DNA of 62,085 nt, filler included. It is 9 parts of 9 records of this genome, joined end to end, with 100 filler letters (N's around TTAATTAATTAA, not from the genome) between each part and the next. Parts side by side here need not be neighbours in the genome. Positions count along the whole stretch, not along the records: positions 48,558 to 58,851 come from SRR7504441_2700; positions 58,952 to 62,085 come from SRR7504441_2704; 7 more parts are not named here. One strand, written 5' to 3'. Every line of letters starts with the position of its first letter. The first letter of the stretch is position 1. Shown in pieces: positions 56,652 to 62,085 of this stretch. A program made the translations under genes and the position numbers. The notes under the pieces were generated by a model. That model saw nothing but the letters and a program-made list of their open reading frames with translations. It made no database searches and had not been told where the DNA came from.

Positions 56652-58240
56652 TTAGTGGTCGCGCGGCGGAGCGTGCTGTGTCACGTGCCAATTGCTTGCC
56701 ACGGGGAATCCGAGAGAATGATTGTAGACCCACCCGCTATAGTCCCAGCCAGTAATCGGCTCGCTCGTCGGGTAAGAATCAAAACTGATTCGCGCAGGCT
56801 GCTTGAACAGATACTGCCCATACCTGCCCCGCAACTGTCACTGACCGCAAACTGGCCCGCGTGGCCTGTGAGAGCCGAACGGAGGCGAAGGCCCCACAAA
56901 CTTGGACACGGTGGTGGCCCCGGCGGTGATGACGCCCGATCGAAGCATCTGAGCGTCCAGGTTACCCACCACCCAATGCCGGACCTGCCGGCCGCCTCAG
57001 CCGGCTCGTTGGCGAGCGCTACTGGTGCGTGCGAGCCCGCTAGAGTCTGGTCCGGCCAGGACCCGTTGTTGGGCAGGTCCGCGTCCGTGTCGATCATTAG
57101 CAGCGCGTACAGTGCAGTCTGCTCGGCCTGCTGGCCCAGTGAGCCAAATGGGCCAGGGGCCAGTGCCTGCGGGTAGGTCACAACCGGCGGGGTGTTGACA
57201 GCCCCTCCGCCTATGTCGGACTCTAGCAGCAGCGTGCCGCAGTGCACCTCGCCTGACCCTCGCTTAGCTGAAGACTCCGCCGGCTGTAATTACCGCTGTA
57301 ATACTTGATGTGTCGATAGTCCACTCCAAGCCTGGGCTCCGTGCAGTTCGGCACCAGCGGCATTTTGTCTGGCATGTAGCCCGGCTGGGTGGGCTCGTAC
57401 CCAGGGTGCTGCCGGTCGACTGCAATGCACCAGCCGCACGAGTCCTTGGGTGCGTCTGACTTAAGAGGCAGCAGGGCGCTGCATCCACAGGCCGGTGGCC
57501 CTGAGAAGTCTGGCCAATCGGGCTCAGCGCCAGCCTGGGCGGGTCTCTTACAATTGTCGTTGCAGCCTGTGCCTGGGACGTTGCACGGGAACTCGAGAAC
57601 GTTGATGGTCGGCTGAGCCGTGCTGGCGTGTCCTAGAACCCATTCGGCCCTACGCCACCGGTGAGCGGTTGACTGTTCGGGCTGGCACCGCTTGCCATGG
57701 TCGTCGTGCATGCACCCGGTGTTTGGGTGCTTGAGTACATCCACATACCCGCGGTGCTCCTGGGCCCACGCCCAAGTCTCCTCGATGTGCTCCAACGGCA
57801 CAAAGAAAGCCTTCTGCGGACCGTTCCACGGACTGCCGCCCAGGCTGGCGTTGGGCAGACTCATGCTCATGTATGGGTCGTCTTCCAGAGAACACACGTA
57901 CTTGTAGCCGTTGCTGCCGAAGTTGGGCCCGAATGGACACTGCAGCCTGCTGGCCTGTCGCCGGGTGTGACCGGTCTGCCGGACGGGCGCGGACCTGCCA
58001 GTCGCTCCGTTCGATCGCGGGCGGGAAGAGCTGGATGAACCGCTCCGTGAAGGCCTTTTGGAAGATGTCCTGCGCGGTGGTGTTGGTGGTATAGTGAATG
58101 TGCCAGGACATGACGATCAGGTCGCCTCCCGCCTGACTGAAGGTTCTGTTGCGGCAGTCTTTGTTGGCAGGGTAGTCCGCGCCGGTCAGGGTGACCAGAA
58201 GCAGCGCGGTCAGGGCTCGAACCCGGCAGGTTTCTCGCAT
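56652..58240 (-). CDS. Secreted fusion of a DOPA 4,5-dioxygenase-like domain, a Cys-rich linker and a PEBP domain; multi-exon
   Basis: Signal peptide; SWHIHY, WAWAQEHRGYVDVLKHPNTGCMHDDH...AEW; intron 57253-57293 gives YYSG|EVHCG in frame; PEBP YALLMIDTDAD...RHWVVGN...GPSPPFGSHRYGQYLFKQ. Confidence 0.82.
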
Positions 58241-58689
58241 TTGTGTGGCCCTTTTTTCCTCGGTGCAGGCCCAGCCGCCGCCTGTGTTGTTAATCCCAGT
58301 TACACCTGTCACCCCAAAAAATCATGATCAGGCGGTGTTGGGTATGGCCGTGATAGCGGCGGGCAGCGGCGGCCGGGCGCGGGCTAGGCGCGGGGTGTGG
58401 GGTTAGTGTGGGGTGCCCTTGGTGTGATCGGCCGGCGAGGCGCGGGCCAGCACATCGCCCTTGATGGCTCAGGCCGCTGTCCGGTGTCTCCCGACACTTG
58501 CTCCTCGATCCATCGCGAGAACACGGTCCACCCGTCTTTGCTCCCAATCTCTGGTGCCGCCAACCGCAGGTAGGACCAGGCAGGACCCAGACGTGCGGGC
58601 ACCGCGCCTCGAGCGCCAGATGTCCCGTGGATACGGCATACCGCCGCTTAGCACGGGTACAGCCCGGGAACAGCCCGGGCTCCCCGCGC

Positions 58690-58851
58690 TGTTGTTCCGC
58701 AGAACGCGCAGGTGACTGGCCAGAGGCTGCAGCCAGACTTTATAAACACCCAGGCTATCAATGCAAGAGCTTTAACACAGGCCCTTGCATATCCAGCAAT
58801 GCAACCCGCCGTTGCTGAGCTATTCCACAGCGACGTGAGCTTTGTAGCACC
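58690..58851 (+). pseudogene. Isolated fragment resembling a CASTOR/POLLUX-type RCK segment
   Basis: QPDFINTQAINARALTQALAYPAMQPAVAELF. No coherent upstream coding region; truncated by the spacer. Confidence 0.3.
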
Positions 58852-59140
58852 NNNNNNNNNNNNNNNNNNNNNNNNNNNNNNNNNNNNNNNNNNNNTTAAT
58901 TAATTAANNNNNNNNNNNNNNNNNNNNNNNNNNNNNNNNNNNNNNNNNNNNGGTGAGGCGTGCTGGGACGCGACCGGCACGCTGTGGCGGCAGCGCAAGA
59001 ATGCGGCTTGCAAGCCAGCTTCTCCATCACTTTACCATCACTTCATCAAGAACAAGAGCCACTGTAGACAATACCAGTGTGCCAGCTGAACACTTGCTGT
59101 CATATTGGATCATGGCTCGGCCGCGTCTGCGCCTCCAGAC

Positions 59141-59632
59141 CGTGGCTCTGGCCACCATGTCTCCATTACAAAGAGGCTCATCCAGAGGGTGAGAACCCTA
59201 AACAAAACCCAGGGTCTCGCGATCAAGATCAAGTTGAATACGGTGATCCTGCGTGCCAACCATCATGAAGACTGGAATCAGTTCCTGGAAGCCCTCGCCC
59301 CGCTGCGTTGGAAGATTTTTCAGGTACTGAAGATTGAGGGAGAGAACGACGATGACTATGACGGTTTGTCAGTGACCGACGAGCAATTTCAGAGCTTCAT
59401 CGCGCGGCATCAGTCCACAGAACACAAGGGGGTTACTATAGTTCCTGAAAGCAACGATGCGATGACTTCGAGCTACATTATGATGTCACCTGATGGAAAG
59501 TTGTATCAAAACAGCGATGGCAAATATGAATATTCAGAAGCATTACTGGATGTGGGATTAAGAAATGCTTTAAGCCAAGTTGGATTTGACCAAGACAAGT
59601 TTATCCGTCGCGGCGGGGCATACGAATTGTAA
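59141..59632 (+). CDS. Viperin (RSAD2-like radical SAM antiviral enzyme), C-terminal half only
   Basis: RGSGHHV, KIKLNTV, RWKIFQVLKIEGEND, FIARH, VPESNDAMTSSY, LLDVG...GFDQDKFIRRGGAY. The CxxxCxxC motif is not in the contig. Confidence 0.88.
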   Translation, partial: RGSGHHVSITKRLIQRVRTLNKTQGLAIKIKLNTVILRANHHEDWNQFLEALAPLRWKIFQVLKIEGENDDDYDGLSVTDEQFQSFIARHQSTEHKGVTIVPESNDAMTSSYIMMSPDGKLYQNSDGKYEYSEALLDVGLRNALSQVGFDQDKFIRRGGAYEL

Positions 59633-59911
59633 AGTCTTTCTAGGGCAGGCGTTTGAATGATGACGCCGTGCAAAAAGCAGGTCAAGTTAAGGTCAAGTAC
59701 AAGTAAATTCATGTCATTACCGATTTAGCTGATGATTATGAGTATTAGGATCTAATTACAATCATTTAGCCTGTATATCAATCGTAATCGAAGACAAACT
59801 CGAGTTGGGGCCCCACTTCAATATCCGAAATACAAGTCATGTAAATAAGGTTTCATAAGAAGACACGGGTTTAATATGCATGCTATGACATTCACGCGGG
59901 CATACGCGTGC

Positions 59912-60971
59912 TCATTGCTTGGGCCTGACCATGAACGACAATCCGCCGGCCTCATCAAACGCTGCTTCGGTCTCGGGATCGTTGATCGGCCGCGACTCCT
60001 TGAGTTCAAATCCCCCCTTGGCGGCGTAGAAGCTCCGGTTGGCCTCACCCGTGCATTCAAGGTACATTGGGACCCCGTCGTCATCCGCAAGCGCAGTCAA
60101 CAGCTGAAGCAGCCTGCACAACGCCAATGAGCGGGGCCAAGCATGCCGCCACAGCTCACCGCTTGCCGTAGCCCTTCCCTTGGTGCGCAGGATGGGTTGC
60201 CATATACTGCACATACCAGTGCGGACCGGCCGCCCAGTTGGTGTGCCCGGAGTCCATGACCGTAGTCACCGCATTCAGCCGAGCCTCCGAGTTGTCAAAT
60301 CCATCCGGCGGCAGTCTGCCCACAATCGCCAGCGTACGCACCATCTCCATGCTCCGGGTCCGCGGCTGGCCAGGCGGGACGCAGATGGCGGCAGCCACCA
60401 CCTGGCCTTCGGCGTTGAGCAGCCCAAAACAGCCACCCAGATCGCCCAGCCGGGCATGGTCCCAATCGACCAGAAAGTCGAACCAGCTCCTGCGGGCGGG
60501 GCTCGGCGCGGCCTCGAGCGGGGCTGTGTGCTTAGTCCGTTGCTCGCCGTACGACTTGGCAAACACCCAATCGAGCGTCGCCTCGGGCGCGCTGGTGGCG
60601 CTCCCCGCGAAGCCGAGCTTGACGCAGTCGAGCAGCTGGGGCCGCCTAGGGTCCGAGGGCTGGATCTGGACTACGTCCCGGCACTGAGCGATGCGCCGAT
60701 GGTGCAGCGGATAATTGGCGTAGAGCAGCAGCCCGTTCAGGGCCGCCAGGACGCAGAGCCCGCCGCCCGGAAACAGCAGGTGGGTGACGCCGGAGGCCGC
60801 GGCGGCGGCCAGGGCGAACGGCCAGGCCTGAGGGACTTGCCGGATCAGCAAGAGGTCAAAGGCCACCAGCCCGACCCAACAGGCCTGGAAGCAGCCCTCC
60901 GAGCTCCAGCAGGTGGACAGGAGCGCCAGGCAGCCGATGTAAACAGCGATGAGCCCGCCGTAGTAAGCCAT
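59912..60971 (-). CDS. GNAT N-acetyltransferase with N-terminal membrane segments, 2 exons
   Basis: HWYVQYMATHPAHQGKGYGK|RLL...ADDDGVPMYLEC...NRSFY...GF. Hydrophobic N-terminal ~85 aa starting MAYYGG. Confidence 0.88.
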
Positions 60972-61035
60972 CCAGCCTAAGCTTTCAGCGCTCTCTCGAC
61001 TCCGGTTGAAGCCGTTGGAAAAAGGACAACTGACA

Positions 61036-61752
61036 ATGCCGGGTGAGAGTCCAGGTGAGAGCTGCTGCTTGTCCCCAGGTGAGCCGATCTGGGGACAGTC
61101 CGCCAGTCCAAGATGCTGCACAACATCTACGCCGAGCGCTTGGCCACCGCACCGGTCGGCCCGCTCTTCTACGCCCCCCGCGCCTACGTCGCCGACATGC
61201 CGCGCGCCCAGGCCTCGTAGCTCCCCCCGCCCGCGAGCCCCGGCACCAGTCTGGGCCTGCAGGGCCACCTCGCTCCGGCACCGGCCGCCGTACGAGGCCC
61301 GCGAGATAATCGCGGCCCACCAGGGCGCGGTGCGGCCGTCTGCGCGGGCTCGGCCAAACTTTGGGGGCAGCTGGCGCCTCCGATCTCGGTGGCAAACAAC
61401 TTGCCGCCGGCGCACGCGGTGCACGACCTGATCCACAAGTACAACGAGTTCAACTACGCCCGGCCCTTCTCTTCGGCTGAGATGGTCCAAATGCCCCAGC
61501 CGAACAGGCAGCCGACCAATCACCCCGGGCCGAGCCGTTGGGGCAGGGCTTATACCCAGAGCTCCGGAGCCCCAATGGCGGGCGGGTCCTCAGCGATGGG
61601 TGGCGTGGACCCGGCTGGCCGGCCGCTGACTCGGCTGCCGGAGGTGGGCCGGGGGGCGGGGCTGGGGCGAGCAAGGGCAGGGTTATTATGACTCTGTGGG
61701 GAGACCGTTCCTCAAGCCTTACAGCGAAAAGAGCGGACTGGTCTCCTCGTAG
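61036..61752 (+). CDS. Hypothetical Pro/Tyr-rich protein, about 6 exons
   Basis: Five 37-46-nt introns (one GC-AG) give a continuous frame MPGESP|VRQSKMLHNIYAER...HKYNEFNYARPF...GYYDSVGRPFLKPYSEKSGLVSS*. Confidence 0.55.
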
Positions 61753-62085
61753 GCGCATCCAGGCTCGCTGTGTGGATCTCCTGAGTGCAGCGTGGTGCTG
61801 AGTGGGTCCTTGTATGGCAATCGGATTTCAAGCCATCTATTGATCCTATGCAGCGCGTAGTACTGTAGGGTAAAGTACCGTACTCGTACGAGTAATTAGT
61901 TATACTATAACCATATGACCAATACATGTGTCGGTCTCACGCATGTAACTGTATAACGCGGTGCACTCGACGTACTGGCCTTTGTATGTGGTCTCTACAA
62001 GCATTTGATCTTTTGATAATTATGACATTCTATTTGAGAGCTTGTGCTATCATGCCTCAATTGAACAATTAGGTTTACGGGTCGT

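Noticed and set aside
56652-60971. DOPA-dioxygenase/PEBP, viperin and GNAT as one defence cluster
   Set aside because: A linker at 58852-58951 separates the first from the others. Viperin and GNAT are simply convergent neighbours with no evidence of a functional link.

Overview
This window is not one continuous locus. It is nine short contigs (about 3-12 kb) of a gene-dense, GC-rich microbial eukaryote, joined by artificial 100-nt N44-TTAATTAATTAA-N44 spacers, so adjacency across spacers has no meaning. The lineage cannot be assigned from this window. I reconstructed about 30 genes or gene fragments by hand. The recognisable products include a tandem CE15/alpha-beta hydrolase, a signal-peptide carotenoid oxygenase, a lactonase, PhyH, PAQR, an EEF1AKMT4/METTL13-like methyltransferase, CNNM, a START-like protein, R2R3-MYB, ANK-MSP-RING-ANK, C2-Ubl-C2-Ubl-Kelch, an AAAP transporter, RhoGEF, CLC, Sec1, GNAT and a viperin C-terminal half. 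There is also a ~1,900-aa polytopic membrane protein, a PMP-repeat/7TM/EF-hand receptor-like protein and a DOPA-dioxygenase-PEBP fusion. Four genome-level patterns stand out: (1) very uniform ~37-50-nt introns, many with GC donors and no polypyrimidine tract; (2) genes arranged head-to-head with only 55-200 nt between start codons, often containing YAACGG; (3) AT-rich 3' intergenic spacers that share two motifs across independent contigs (CAATCATGACATTAT and GTACTCGTAC); (4) a 5'-to-3' GC decline along genes. No rRNA, tRNA, CRISPR array or intact transposon was found. All calls come from manual reading and motif recall; no database searches were run.
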